DNA from: an uncultured bacterium
GTDB lineage: Bacteria; Chloroflexota; UBA5177; JANWHV01
Reading direction: 5' to 3'
Length of the DNA: 64,000 bases
Assembly (NCBI GenBank): GCA_963827235.1
Contig: CAWHAE010000012.1
Coordinates: 384,001 to 448,000, forward strand
Below, one piece after another: positions 32,087-42,971 of this stretch. The notes below the pieces were generated by a model. It saw nothing but the letters and a program-made list of their open reading frames with translations. It did not search any database and was not told the DNA's origin. How positions within the stretch are numbered: the first letter of the stretch is position 1; each line of letters opens with the position of its first letter. A program made the translations under genes and the position numbers.

Positions 32087-33550
32087 ATGGCTACAGCAAC
32101 CCGTACGGCACTGAACGACAGCTCGCTTTCCCTATTGTCCCGGCCGGTGACGCTCGCCGTGATTGTCGGCAACCGCGGATTCTTTCCCCACCATCTGGCA
32201 GCAGAAGGGCGCGTCCGCGTCCTGGAGGTGCTCGAAAAGGCCGGTATCCGGGCGATTATCCCGGATGCAGGCGCCACCGACCACGGCGCTATCGAGTCAC
32301 TTGAAGAGTCACGGCTGTGCGCGGATGTGTTTCGGCAGCATCGCGACGAGATAGATGGCATTCTGGTGACGCTCCCCAACTTCGGCGACGAGCGCGCCAT
32401 TGCCAACGCGATCCGGTTTTCCGGTCTCGATGTGCCGGTCCTGATGCACGCCTTCGCCGACGATCCCAAGCACATGTCGCTCGAATCGCGCCGCGACAGT
32501 TTTTGCGGCAAGATGAGCGCCTGCAACAACCTGCGCCAGTACAACATCAAGTATTCGCTGACCAGCTTGCATACGGTCGATCCAAGCCACCCATTGTTTC
32601 TAGCCGACGTCCAGAAGTTCGCCGCCGTATGCCGGGTCGTACGCGGCATGCGCCACGCTCGCGTCGGCGTAGTGGGTGCCCGCCCGGCCAACTTCACGAC
32701 CGTCCGGTTCAGCGAGAAGCTGCTCGAGCACGCCGGCATCAGCGTGGAGACGCTCGATCTGTCGGAAATATTCGGGCGCATCGACCGACTCGCCGACACC
32801 GATGAAGCCGTAGTGGCGAAGCGGGCGGCCATCTCGCGCTACGCCAACACGAGCGCGGTGCCGGAGCTGGCGGTGATCAAGATGTCCAAGCTCGGCGTGG
32901 TGCTCGACCGCTGGCAGGCTGAGCATCAGCTCGATGCGACGGCGATCCAGTGCTGGACGGCTATGGAGGAGTACTTCGGGGTCGTGCCGTGCACGGTGAT
33001 GAGCATGGCGAGCAACAGTCTGATGCCCGCTGCCTGCGAATCCGACGTTGCGGGCGTGCTGTCGATGCTTGCCATGGTGCTTGCGTCCGGCCGGCCCAGT
33101 GCCCTTCTCGACTGGAACAACAATTACGGAGACGATCCCGATAAGGGAGTGGTGTTCCACTGCTCGAACCTGCCCAAGACGATCTTCGTGGACGATATCG
33201 CGGTGATGGACTACCAGGCGATCATCGCCGGCACCGTCGGGCGGGACAACACCTACGGCACGGTGGTGGGCCGCGTACGCGAGAATCCCTTCACGTACCT
33301 GCGCATCTCGACCGACGATCTGGCCGGCGAAATCATGGCCTATCTCGGTGAGGGCGAGTTTACCAACGATCCCCTGGACACATTCGGCGGCTATGGCGTG
33401 GTGCGCGTGCCGCGCCTGCAGGACCTGCTGGCGTTCATCTGCGAGAACGGCTTCGAGCACCACGTGGCCGTGAATCAAACGCGCGTGGCCGCCGTGGTCG
33501 ACGAGGCGCTCAGCAAGTATCTCGAGTGGTCGGTCTACCACCACAAGTAG
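32087..33550 (+). CDS. L-fucose/L-arabinose isomerase family protein
   Basis: GNRGFFP, LPNFGDE, RRDSFCGK, AIQCW, ACESD, HCSNLP, FEHH. Confidence 0.88.
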   Translation: MATATRTALNDSSLSLLSRPVTLAVIVGNRGFFPHHLAAEGRVRVLEVLEKAGIRAIIPDAGATDHGAIESLEESRLCADVFRQHRDEIDGILVTLPNFGDERAIANAIRFSGLDVPVLMHAFADDPKHMSLESRRDSFCGKMSACNNLRQYNIKYSLTSLHTVDPSHPLFLADVQKFAAVCRVVRGMRHARVGVVGARPANFTTVRFSEKLLEHAGISVETLDLSEIFGRIDRLADTDEAVVAKRAAISRYANTSAVPELAVIKMSKLGVVLDRWQAEHQLDATAIQCWTAMEEYFGVVPCTVMSMASNSLMPAACESDVAGVLSMLAMVLASGRPSALLDWNNNYGDDPDKGVVFHCSNLPKTIFVDDIAVMDYQAIIAGTVGRDNTYGTVVGRVRENPFTYLRISTDDLAGEIMAYLGEGEFTNDPLDTFGGYGVVRVPRLQDLLAFICENGFEHHVAVNQTRVAAVVDEALSKYLEWSVYHHK

Positions 33551-33559
33551 AGTCTGGCG

Positions 33560-33601
33560 GGACAGGAGAAGGACGAGCCGCGGCTCCTCCTTCTCCTGTC
33601 C
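33560..33601. terminator. Strong hairpin between convergent genes
   Basis: GGACAGGAGAAGGA...TCCTTCTCCTGTCC (14-bp stem plus an inner stem) just after the isomerase stop. Confidence 0.7.
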
Positions 33602-33778
33602 TTGGCTCGGCGATCGGTCCCTGCGCCGTCCCTGTCACTTGAGGCGCAGGGGCGGCGCCGTCTACGGGATGACAGCGTTCACCGATTCAGATGCAGCCCT
33701 CACGTGGCTGGGGTCGCGGTCGTCCTTCGTTCCGGCACGGACGCGGCGATCGAGGGGACGCACGGAGGTGCGACCGCG

Positions 33779-35011
33779 TCACGGTGTCTGAGACTCGCTC
33801 GGAGTGTCGGCCACGGCCCGTGGCTGGGCTTGCTCGGCGCTCGAAGCATCGCCGGTCAGGACGAGTAGCGTGGCCGGGCCGAGCATGAGCAGCCACATGG
33901 ACGTGGCGAGGCCGAATCGCTCGCAGGCGAGGCCGATCAGGATTGGTATGGCGCTGCCGACCAGGCCTGCGGCGTTGGCGAGCACCAGGACGGAACCGCT
34001 GGCGTTTGGGATCTCGTCGTAGAGACGCGCCTGTGGAATGGCATACCAGGACGCGTCAAGCATGCCCAGGACGGCGAGGGCCACCAGCTTCGAGGCGAAG
34101 CCCGGTAGCAGGAGGAAGGCAGGGAAGACGGGGAGCGCCAGCGCGGCGCTGACACGAAGCTGGCGCATGCCGGGTATGCTCCCCAGCAGCCGGAGCAAGA
34201 CCGCATCGCCAATCAGGCCGGACAGCGTAAGCACGAGAACTGCTGCTCCAGCCTGCCCGGCGCTCGCTCCGGCAACGTCGACCGCGTACAACGCGACGTA
34301 CCCGGTCAGGACATCGCCCATCAGGTCGCCGGACTCTAGCAGGATGAGCCAGCGCACGACTCGCCAGGTGCGCAAGGCGGCGAGCGCCGCGCGAGCGCCG
34401 GCCACCACATCGGTCGACTGGCCCGCGTCCGTGGCCTGGCTGCCGGCAAGGGCCACGATCGCCACGCTCAGCAAGGCGAAGAGCAGGAACAGCGGCCGCC
34501 AACCGTGGCCGGTGCCGACCATGGCGATCAATAGCAGCGGGCCGACTACGACGCCGATTGACCCTGCAAGAGTCCAGCGCGCCATGTGCACGTCGCGGTA
34601 CGCGGGTTCGATGTCCATGAGGGTTGCCTGCGACAGGCTGACGAAAGCCCCGGAGGCCGGGTAGAGCATGACGGATGCCAGCAGCAGCAGCGGCATGCTC
34701 ACAGCGACACCGATTAATATGAGTGACCCGGCAAATACCGCGCCGCCAGCGAGGACCAACGCCCGCCGTCTGCCCGTGTCGGCGAGCAGCCCCAGGAGCG
34801 GCTCAACGACCGCGGCGACGATCTCGGGCAGGGAGATCAACAGACCGATGCCCGCGTAGCTCAGGTGCAGGTCATGGCGGACAAGCGGCCACGCCGCTTC
34901 GCGCGTGCCAAATACCAGCTCGTCCAGGAATTCGACGGCGAGCAGGGCTGCGGTCAGGCCGAGAATATGGTGCCGGGCAAAGCGTCAGCAGGGCGGGTGC
35001 GCTGTCTTCAT
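33779..35011 (-). pseudogene. MFS transporter with an in-frame TGA at codon 9 (or a non-canonical start)
   Basis: ATG 35011 reads MKTAHPPC*RFARHHILGLTAALLAVEFLDELVFGTREAAWP..., in frame with the multi-TM ORF containing G.LAD.GRRR. Confidence 0.7.
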
Positions 35012-35222
35012 ATGCACAGTGTGGCCGAAGGCCGGCAATCCGTCCATTCCCTGGCTTTCCGACCACGCACGAACGGTGGGGGCGTTGAGTTGCCTGAGAT
35101 AGCCATACGCTCGTAAAGCCGGCGGCGCGCCTCGGCGCCGAGGCGCGCCGGTTCCATCAGGCACGGCGAACGGCTGCGCTCGCAGCAGGTCGCCCCGCGG
35201 AGCGCAGCCGAGCCATTGCCGG

Positions 35223-36407
35223 CTAGGTGTGCGCCGGGGTCGACGCGAGGTACGAGGCGATCTGCAGACGAACGTCCTGTACCAGGTTGCCGAGTGCTAG
35301 ATTGACGTCGGCGACGTGGAAGCCCCAACGAGCTCCCCCCTCCTGGGGCACTCGGGGCCGCCGGTCGCCGGCCGCCGCCGGGGTCACCTGCAGCCATGTG
35401 GCGTTACCTGCCGACTTGCAGACGGCGGTGTACTCGCCCGAGTACTCGACCCACGGCGTAGCGACCTTCGGGCCGGCCGGCGGTAGATCCGCCGTCGGAT
35501 AGAATGAGTCGAGCTTCGCCGTGCCGCCGGCGGGTGCGGCAGGATTGACGCAGAGGACGTGCAGATCATCGGTCGTCGAGACGCTGGCCTGCACGTCGAG
35601 ACCCTGGCGGGGCCGGCCGAAGTAACTGTCGGTTGGCGGTTGGCCCGGATACGACGAGTAGGCGATCGCGCAGCCGGTCTGGCGGGCCGAGGCGCACGGC
35701 GGGATGTTCGGGAGGCTGGTTATGGAGGGAGCCGACGCGGGTGCCGTGACGTTGCCGCCAAGAATGATCGCCGAAACCAGGCGCCGGCGTAGAACGAGAT
35801 TGGGATCGACCTGCGTGCGCAACAGCTCGATCAACATCGACGCTCCCTGAGAATGGCCGATGAATACGACTGGACGGCCGTCGTTGTAGTGCTTCAGGTA
35901 GTCCTGCCAACCGGCCAGGGTGCTCTGGTAGGCCACGATGTCCGGAACGGCGACCAGGGCGGCCGGGAGGGCCAACGAGATGAGAGTTCGCTGGCGATAC
36001 ATGGGTGCCCACACGCGGCACACCTGGGAAAAGCGAGAAGCCTGGGCAATGGCGACCGACGTCTCGGCTTCCTGCACCTTCAGGTCCGCATTGAGGCCTG
36101 TCTCGGTGCTGACGGTAGGGTAGACGTAAAAGCAGTCGACCGGCGGATTGGATGCCGGCCGGGCAACCTTCATCTCGCTCGAACCGTCGGCGTTCACCAC
36201 CGTGGTGGTAAGGTTCGCCGTGCATGGATTGGTCGCCAGCCCCGGCCGGCACAGCCACACCGTGCCCGACGCGTCTGTGCGGTCTACCGGGCCGGAACCG
36301 GCGCGGACAGCATAAACTTCACGGGCGCCGGTCGCGGCGCTGCTCGTGGCCACCAACAGGAGCGCGAGAGTGAAGCGGCCTAGCAGGCGGGGGGCGTGCA
36401 CGTGCAT
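35223..36407 (-). CDS. Secreted alpha/beta hydrolase (DUF3089-like)
   Basis: Signal peptide; WLCRP, VDCFYVYPTVS, APMYRQ, GHSQG nucleophile elbow, CVNP, C-terminal GFH..D. Confidence 0.85.
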   Translation of the reverse strand: MHVHAPRLLGRFTLALLLVATSSAATGAREVYAVRAGSGPVDRTDASGTVWLCRPGLATNPCTANLTTTVVNADGSSEMKVARPASNPPVDCFYVYPTVSTETGLNADLKVQEAETSVAIAQASRFSQVCRVWAPMYRQRTLISLALPAALVAVPDIVAYQSTLAGWQDYLKHYNDGRPVVFIGHSQGASMLIELLRTQVDPNLVLRRRLVSAIILGGNVTAPASAPSITSLPNIPPCASARQTGCAIAYSSYPGQPPTDSYFGRPRQGLDVQASVSTTDDLHVLCVNPAAPAGGTAKLDSFYPTADLPPAGPKVATPWVEYSGEYTAVCKSAGNATWLQVTPAAAGDRRPRVPQEGGARWGFHVADVNLALGNLVQDVRLQIASYLASTPAHT

Positions 36408-36411
36408 GGCG

Positions 36412-36996
36412 TCAGGACGTAGCCTCCTCGAGTAGCTGCCGATACCGGAAGCAGTCGACCGTATGGTCGTTGACCATACCCGTTGCCTGCATGAGGGCAT
36501 AGCAGATCGTCGGCCCGACAAAGGTGAATCCGCGGCGCTTGAGGTCCTTGCTGACGGTGAGCGCCTCGGGAGTGACGGCCGGAATCTCCGACATGCTGGA
36601 CCATGCGTTTACCCGAGGGCGGCCGTCCACGAATCTCCAGATGTAGCTGTCGAAGCTGCCGAATTCCTCGCGAACTGCCAGGAAGGCACGCGCATTGGTG
36701 ATGGCGGCCAGTACCTTGGCCCGGTTACGAATAATCCCGGGATCGGCCAGCAGCACAGCTACCCGATCGGGGCCGTAGCCGGCGATTGCCGAGTAGTCGA
36801 AGTCGTCAAACGCGCGCCGGTACTGGCTTCGTCGCTGCAGCACGGTACTCCAGCTCAGACCAGCCTGCGCGCCCTCGAGCATGAGAAACTCGTACCACTT
36901 GCGGTCGTCGTGTACCGGCACGCCCCACTCGGCATCATGATAGAGGGTATACATCTCACCGGATACCCACGCGCAGCGAACCATGTCGGTGATCAT
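36412..36996 (-). CDS. tag: DNA-3-methyladenine glycosylase I
   Basis: RCAW...YHDAEWG, LEGAQAGLSW, IIRNRAK, GFTFVGPT, GMVNDH..DC. Confidence 0.95.
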   Translation of the reverse strand: MITDMVRCAWVSGEMYTLYHDAEWGVPVHDDRKWYEFLMLEGAQAGLSWSTVLQRRSQYRRAFDDFDYSAIAGYGPDRVAVLLADPGIIRNRAKVLAAITNARAFLAVREEFGSFDSYIWRFVDGRPRVNAWSSMSEIPAVTPEALTVSKDLKRRGFTFVGPTICYALMQATGMVNDHTVDCFRYRQLLEEATS

Positions 36997-37998
36997 AGTC
37001 CCGCATCACTCCTTCACCACGACGACATCGGCCAGCTACGTATCGGGCGGCTTCAGCCCGCTGTCACCTGGGCAAGCGCATCGGTTGCCGCGGCCGGCAG
37101 CACGCAAAGGGCATTCCTTCTATGGCACCCTACCCTGCAAGGATAGTCCTGCCCACGATCCACGATCAAGCGTGCGCCCGGCGAACGGCCGCCGCCGCGG
37201 GCAAATCATGCCACGGGCGGCCGGCGCAGGCGCCGTCTGTGGCTTGGCCGCGGCGCCCGGACAGCGGCCCAAAAACGGCTCGGAAAGTGGTCCACGGCAT
37301 GCCCAAGCGGGTGCACAGGGCGAGTTTCAGCGCCAAAGTAGGTCAATGTACGCATTAGCGGCGGCAGCGACTTGAATCTGCTCCCCCAGTATTATCTATT
37401 TGCGGTGGGGGACCGTGGGCGGGGTCGGCAGTGTGCCGCTACCATTGACCTGACGGAGCCGCCTGGACGCTCGACGCGTGCTCAGCGCGACGCGGCATTT
37501 GCCGTGCCCGGCAGCGGGCTGACCTCCTCTCTGTGCCGGTTCGCAGGAAGCTCGAGGAGGGGGACAGGGTGGCGTGGCTGATGCATAGGGACTGTGCTCG
37601 GCGCCGAAGCCTGCCAACTCCGCGGCTGCCTGCGCTTGCGATCGGCAGCCCTGCCGCTGATCGACCGCTTTGCGCGGCGGCGCAGAAGCGGACGACGCAG
37701 GAATCCCCAGGAGGTGGGCAACCACTTTTCTGTCCCGCAGGCGCCAAGAAAGCTCTGATGCCGGGTAGATGGACGGCAATGGATGGGGTAGGATGAGGAG
37801 GCCAAGCCCGATGCGTCTCGCCATCGACCCTGGTGGCGTTCCTCGGAACGGACCCATGTGCCGGTCCGGACATGGCGAGCTCGGTGCGGCGCTCTCCGGC
37901 TATCCGGGTGCTGAAGAGGGCGCCGTAGACGTGCACGGAAAACTTGACTTCCGCGTGCAGGGGAGAACATGAAACTCAGAGTGGACTGAGGCGCATCG

Positions 37999-39417
37999 TT
38001 GATTTTCCCGACCATACAGTTCGCGGCATTCTTCGCCTTTGTACTTCCGATCTCGTGGCTGTTGATGCCTCGGCCGGTGCTGTGGAAACTGTTCATCATC
38101 GCCGCGAGCTACTTCTTCTATGGTTATGCAGACTGGCACTTCGTCTTTCTGTTGGCCGGCTGCACGCTCTGGAACCAGACTCTTGGTGCGATCCTCGGTC
38201 GCCAGGGCCAGGCCGAACGACTGCGTACCCTCTGGCTGGGCCTGGCTCTGGCCGGCGACCTGGCGCTGCTCGGTTGGTTCAAGTACTACGGCTTCTTTGC
38301 CAGCAACTTTGCGACGATGAGCGCCAGGGTCGGGCTTCCGGCTCCGCTGCCGTTGCTGCAGGTCGCTCTGCCGGTCGGCATCTCCTTCTACACCTTCCAG
38401 GCCATGTCCTACGTGATCGACATCCGGCGAGGTCGCTCGCAGCCGGCGGGCTGGCTTGACTTTGCGGTCTACTCCTGCTTCTTCCCGCACCTGATCGCCG
38501 GGCCGATCGTGCGGGCCAGCGAGCTGGTGCCGCAGTTCGCCGCACCGCGCGATCCGACGAGGATCGAGGCTGCGCGGGCATTCGAGCTCATCGCGGGTGG
38601 ACTGCTGAAGAAGGTTGTGCTGGCGGACATGCTTGCCAGCAAGCTGGTCGATCCGGTATTCGGCTCGCCGAACGTGCACTCGCGCCTCGACATCATTGCC
38701 GCGGTCTACGGTTATGCCGTCCAGATCTACTGCGACTTCTCGGCGTACTCCGACATGGCAATCGGACTCGCCCTTCTGCTGGGCTTCCAGTTCCCCGCGA
38801 ACTTCAACAGACCGTACGCAGCGCTTACCCTCCAGGAGTTTTGGCACAGGTGGCACATGAGTCTATCGCGCTGGCTGCGCGACTACCTGTATATCGGGCT
38901 CGGCGGCAATCGCAAAGGCCGGGCGCGGACCTATGTCAACCTCATGCTCACCATGCTCCTGGGTGGCCTCTGGCATGGCGCCGCCTGGAACTTCGTGCTC
39001 TGGGGTGGAATCCACGGCGGCGGGTTGGCCACTGAACGCTGGATCGACGAGCGAAACGGCACTCGCAAGAGCGACCGTCCGGTGAAGCGTCCCGTGCTGC
39101 GCTGGTTCATTACCTTCAACGTTGTCTGTCTCTCGTGGGTATTCTTCCGCGCCTATAGCCTGGATACTGTCGGTGAGATGCTCAACCGCGTGGTATACGG
39201 CGGAGGCGTGACCACATTGACGGCACCGGTTCTGGCCGCCATTCTGGCCGGTCTCGCCCTCCAGTTCGTGCCGACCGCTCCCGTGCTCAAGCTGCGTCTC
39301 CTGTTCGCGCGTATCGGACCCGTGCCTCAAGGTATTGCCCTGGCAGCGATCCTGGTCATCAGCGGCGCCCTAGTCAGCGGTCAAGGTGTCGCACCCTTTA
39401 TCTACTACCAGTTCTGA
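37999..39417 (+). CDS. MBOAT family O-acyltransferase (AlgI/PatA type)
   Basis: LPVGISFYTFQ, FFPHLIAGPI, QIYCDFSAYSDMAIG, FWHRWHMSLS.WLRDYLY, GLWHGA. Confidence 0.95.
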   Translation: MIFPTIQFAAFFAFVLPISWLLMPRPVLWKLFIIAASYFFYGYADWHFVFLLAGCTLWNQTLGAILGRQGQAERLRTLWLGLALAGDLALLGWFKYYGFFASNFATMSARVGLPAPLPLLQVALPVGISFYTFQAMSYVIDIRRGRSQPAGWLDFAVYSCFFPHLIAGPIVRASELVPQFAAPRDPTRIEAARAFELIAGGLLKKVVLADMLASKLVDPVFGSPNVHSRLDIIAAVYGYAVQIYCDFSAYSDMAIGLALLLGFQFPANFNRPYAALTLQEFWHRWHMSLSRWLRDYLYIGLGGNRKGRARTYVNLMLTMLLGGLWHGAAWNFVLWGGIHGGGLATERWIDERNGTRKSDRPVKRPVLRWFITFNVVCLSWVFFRAYSLDTVGEMLNRVVYGGGVTTLTAPVLAAILAGLALQFVPTAPVLKLRLLFARIGPVPQGIALAAILVISGALVSGQGVAPFIYYQF

Positions 39418-39427
39418 GGGAGTACAG

Positions 39428-40951
39428 GTGTCCGCGCTACCCGACACCGAATTCAAGCAAATACAGCCCGTGGTAATGGCCCGCCGGCAAGCGGTACGTG
39501 TGGCGCCTGCGCGGGCTGTTGCCGTGGAAAGCAGTGCGGAGTCTACGCTCTCGCCAACCACGTCGATTCAGCGGGTGCTACTGACGATTGGCATCGCGCT
39601 CGTGCTGGGTCTCCTGCTCAACGCGCGGTCCATCCGGCATGATGCCGACGGTATGGACGACGGATTCGCTCGGGACATGACTGTTCGGGTAGGCGATACA
39701 GCTCTGTGGATCTCGACACACACCGGCCTTTCCTGGCCGCGCGACCAGATTGATGCGATGCTCGGGAACACCATCCAGCCTTCCATCCCGCCGCTGCTGC
39801 AGATGTACGGCGACGGATCTCAGACGGAGCTTGACATTCCTGCCGTCGATCCGCCCATGCAGCAAATCGGCGATCTGTCCGGCGGTCCGGGCTACTCCGC
39901 GCCCGCCGGCCCGGCGCTGGCGGCCCTCGTGAAGCCGAGCGCGACGCCGGTACCTCCCACTCCGGTGCCTCCGACGGCGTCGCCCACACCTCGTCCGACC
40001 AGCACGTCGACGCCCGTGGTCAAGCGTGAAGCGATATGCGACGGCACGCTCGTGGCGGCATCATGCCGAGGCACCGCCGTTCCCACGTACTCCGCCTCGC
40101 GTCGCGTTCAAGGGGCCGCTCATCCGGCCACTCGCGGCTTGAGCTCGTCTGCGTCCTCCTGCGTACATTGGCACAACGTCGGATGTGGGCCGCGCCCGCC
40201 GATTACCCTGCAGGCGACGCGCACGAGCACGCCGCGGCCCACGAGTACCGTGCGTCCGACCAGCACGCCGATCCCCACGGCCACGCCGACGGCAGGCCCA
40301 CCGCCGCGCGTAATCACCGGTGCGGCGCCGTTGCGATTGCTGGTGACTGGAGATTCGCTGTCGGGCTACCTGGCGCCACAGCTCGTGGACGAAGCCGCGG
40401 CCGTCGCACCGGTGGTAGGGTTCGTGGACACGCACAATGGCACCGGGCTAACCCGGCCGGACTTCGTGGATTGGTCGCTCGTGGCCACGCAGCAGGTCGC
40501 GGCGGACAAGCCGGACGCGGTGGTGGTGATTATCGGCGGCAACGACTTCCAGAATATGACCATGCCGAATGGACAGGTTCTGCAAGCGGGCACGCCCGCG
40601 TGGACGCGGGAGTACCAGCGCAGGGCCGAGGTCTGCATGCGGATCTGGGCTCAGGGAGGAAGCAAGCGCGTCTACTGGCTATCTATGCCGCCTGCACGCA
40701 ACAGCACGTGGGCGTTCGACGACAGCCAGATCAACAGGGCGCTGCGGGCGGCAGCGGCGGCCGTGCCCGGCGCCGAATTCCTCAACGTGTTAGGCCCGGT
40801 CACAGACCACGGCAAATACGTCGACTACGTGCACTGGCACGGCGGCTGGCTGCTCATTCGCGAGCCGGATGGCGTGCACCTCAACGCGGACGGTTCGCGC
40901 ATTGTCGCGGGTGAAGTACTGGATGTGCTCAAGCGGGTGTGGCACCTGTAG
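39428..40951 (+). CDS. Membrane-anchored SGNH/DUF459-type O-acetyltransferase (PatB-like) with a Pro/Thr linker
   Basis: TM segment, PT-rich linker, GDS, TGLTRPDFVDW, GGND, DGVH. Confidence 0.8.
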   Translation: MSALPDTEFKQIQPVVMARRQAVRVAPARAVAVESSAESTLSPTTSIQRVLLTIGIALVLGLLLNARSIRHDADGMDDGFARDMTVRVGDTALWISTHTGLSWPRDQIDAMLGNTIQPSIPPLLQMYGDGSQTELDIPAVDPPMQQIGDLSGGPGYSAPAGPALAALVKPSATPVPPTPVPPTASPTPRPTSTSTPVVKREAICDGTLVAASCRGTAVPTYSASRRVQGAAHPATRGLSSSASSCVHWHNVGCGPRPPITLQATRTSTPRPTSTVRPTSTPIPTATPTAGPPPRVITGAAPLRLLVTGDSLSGYLAPQLVDEAAAVAPVVGFVDTHNGTGLTRPDFVDWSLVATQQVAADKPDAVVVIIGGNDFQNMTMPNGQVLQAGTPAWTREYQRRAEVCMRIWAQGGSKRVYWLSMPPARNSTWAFDDSQINRALRAAAAAVPGAEFLNVLGPVTDHGKYVDYVHWHGGWLLIREPDGVHLNADGSRIVAGEVLDVLKRVWHL

Positions 40952-41312
40952 GCCCAAAGCACGGCACGCGGCCTGAACGAGTTGGCGGTTGTGTCGTGTG
41001 CCATCGCTCAGCGTAGGTTCCCGATTGCTGCCCGCACGAGCCGGTTCGGTACAGGCGATCCGGTGCCGCGCCTCGGATCCGAATGCCGTGATCCGGGGAT
41101 TTGGCCCGGCGAACCTGGGACCGGAGCCGTCTCGGCTGATTCGGGAAGAGCCCAGTCCGACTGCCGCGTCATGAGACAAGAGACACCTGCCTCACAGTGT
41201 CCGGCCGGCAGGGCTCAGCAAATAGCTAATCTGCGATGGGACTACACTGTGGTATGGCAGTGTGGCACTGCCGAGCACGCGCTCGTCGCTGTGCGGAAGG
41301 AGGTAACTCGCG

Positions 41313-41909
41313 ATGGTCAAAGTACTGATCGTGACGGGAGATGCAGGCGAGGCGCTCGAGATCATGTATCCCTTGCAGCGGTTGGCGGAGGAAGGCATCA
41401 CGGTGCACGTTGCCGCCCCGGAGCGCCGGCCGATCCAGACGGTGGTGCACGACTTCGTAGAAGGATTCGACACCTACACGGAGAAGCTGGGCTATCGCAT
41501 TCCTGTCGACATCGCGCTTGCCGACGTGCGGCCGGAGGAATACGCGGCACTGATTATTCCCGGCGGCCGTGCTCCCGAGTACTTGCGTAATAACGCGGAT
41601 GCGCTGCGCATCGTGCGCCATTTCTATGAGGCGCAAAAGCCCGTTGGCCAGTTGTGTCATGGTCCTCTGATCCCCGCGGCGGCGGGCCTGTTGCGGGGCC
41701 ACAGAACGGCCGCCTACAACGCTCTGGAGCCGGACGTCGTCATGGCCGGCGCCACGTTCGTCAACTCCGACGCCGTGGTGGATGGTCAGATAGTCTCAGG
41801 GCGAGCGTGGCCGGATCACCCGGGCTACATGCGCGAGTTCATGCGCCTGCTGCGGGCCGCCCTGGCCAAGGACGGCAGGGAAGCGTCACCGGCAGGAGCA
41901 AACACCTAG
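41313..41909 (+). CDS. DJ-1/PfpI family protein
   Basis: GDAGEALE, IPGGRAPEYLR, LCHGP, AWPDHP; AAGGAGG RBS. Confidence 0.93.
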   Translation: MVKVLIVTGDAGEALEIMYPLQRLAEEGITVHVAAPERRPIQTVVHDFVEGFDTYTEKLGYRIPVDIALADVRPEEYAALIIPGGRAPEYLRNNADALRIVRHFYEAQKPVGQLCHGPLIPAAAGLLRGHRTAAYNALEPDVVMAGATFVNSDAVVDGQIVSGRAWPDHPGYMREFMRLLRAALAKDGREASPAGANT

Positions 41910-42971
41910 AGGCAAGCCACGCTGGGAACCACATTGGCAGTGGGCGCATACGATGCCCCACGATTCATGACGCTCGTAGGGGGGTCTCAAGGCCCGTCAA
42001 GCGTCAGCGCCCGGCGGGTTCTACCTTGGCCCGACTATAGGGTCGAGCGACCGCGCCAGAAGCCGCTTCGCCGGTCGGTCGGCCGGTCTGATCCGCCGGC
42101 CCGGATCGCTCTCAGCCCGCGGGAACCCGGCGCTGCGTGTAGCAGAAGATAATCCGACCGCCGGGCACGGAGAGGGCCGATCTGGCCGGCACGCGGCCGA
42201 GTCAGGAGGGGTCGCCGGTGCGATCGGCGACCCCATCACTGGAGGATCGGACGCCGTGGCTGCGCCGCGCCCTCCCGCCAGCCTCTATCGGACGGGGGAT
42301 ATTGTCCTCGCGAGACGGCATTTACTGCTCGGAGGATCTTACTGTAGCGTCGCGACCGGTAGCGTTCATCAGCCGGACGGCGGGTGCCCAGGCAACTGAA
42401 CGACCAGCCGATTGGCGGATCCGGCTGCCGGTCTCGTGCTGCTTTCCGCCAGCACTGCCTGCCGGAGTCCGGCCCGGAATGACGGCGGCGGGAGGAAGCG
42501 ATCGGAACCATCGTGTTCCGGAATCAGGCCACGCCAGTTGGCCGACACGCGTGATGGCGTTTCCGACTGCTTGCGCGCCGGTGCCTGCAGCCGTCTGGCC
42601 ATGACGGGGGCCGTGTGATGCTTCGCAGCGACGGAAGCCGTGACCGGCACATGCGGTGGTGGCCGGCAGGGCCGTTGTCCGCCCCGGTCTCGCCGAAGCG
42701 GGCACGTGGGTCGCCGGTTGCTGGCACGCTTCGATTCCGGCGCTTCGAGGTGCTTCGCCGGGAACTGGTACGATCGAAGTCGGCCGATACGCCTCGGCCG
42801 AGGTTTCCTGCGGCGCGCCAATCCCTGGCGCGTCCTTTGCAGGCATGCGGCTACAGCGAGCGGATGGATATGGACCGCCTCGTTCGCTGAACGGCGCCCG
42901 TATGGCGCGCGGCAGGCACGGAGCGGCCCGATGACGTGGCATGGCGATGGATTAGGGAGGTAACTCGGAGG

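Noticed and set aside
34985-34990. Cys-Sec (TGC TGA) selenocysteine recoding
   Set aside because: It lies in the unconserved N-tail of an MFS transporter, not a redox motif, and I saw no recognisable SECIS.
37000-37998. Known riboswitch (c-di-GMP, c-di-AMP, SAM) upstream of the MBOAT gene
   Set aside because: I could not match the conserved cores by eye; a covariance-model search is needed.
39940-40300. Short sequence repeats suggesting an array
   Set aside because: They encode the Pro/Thr linker; there is no repeat-spacer structure and no cas genes in the window.
42340-42400. Hammerhead ribozyme (CTGATGA on the minus strand)
   Set aside because: There is no stem II followed by GAAA.
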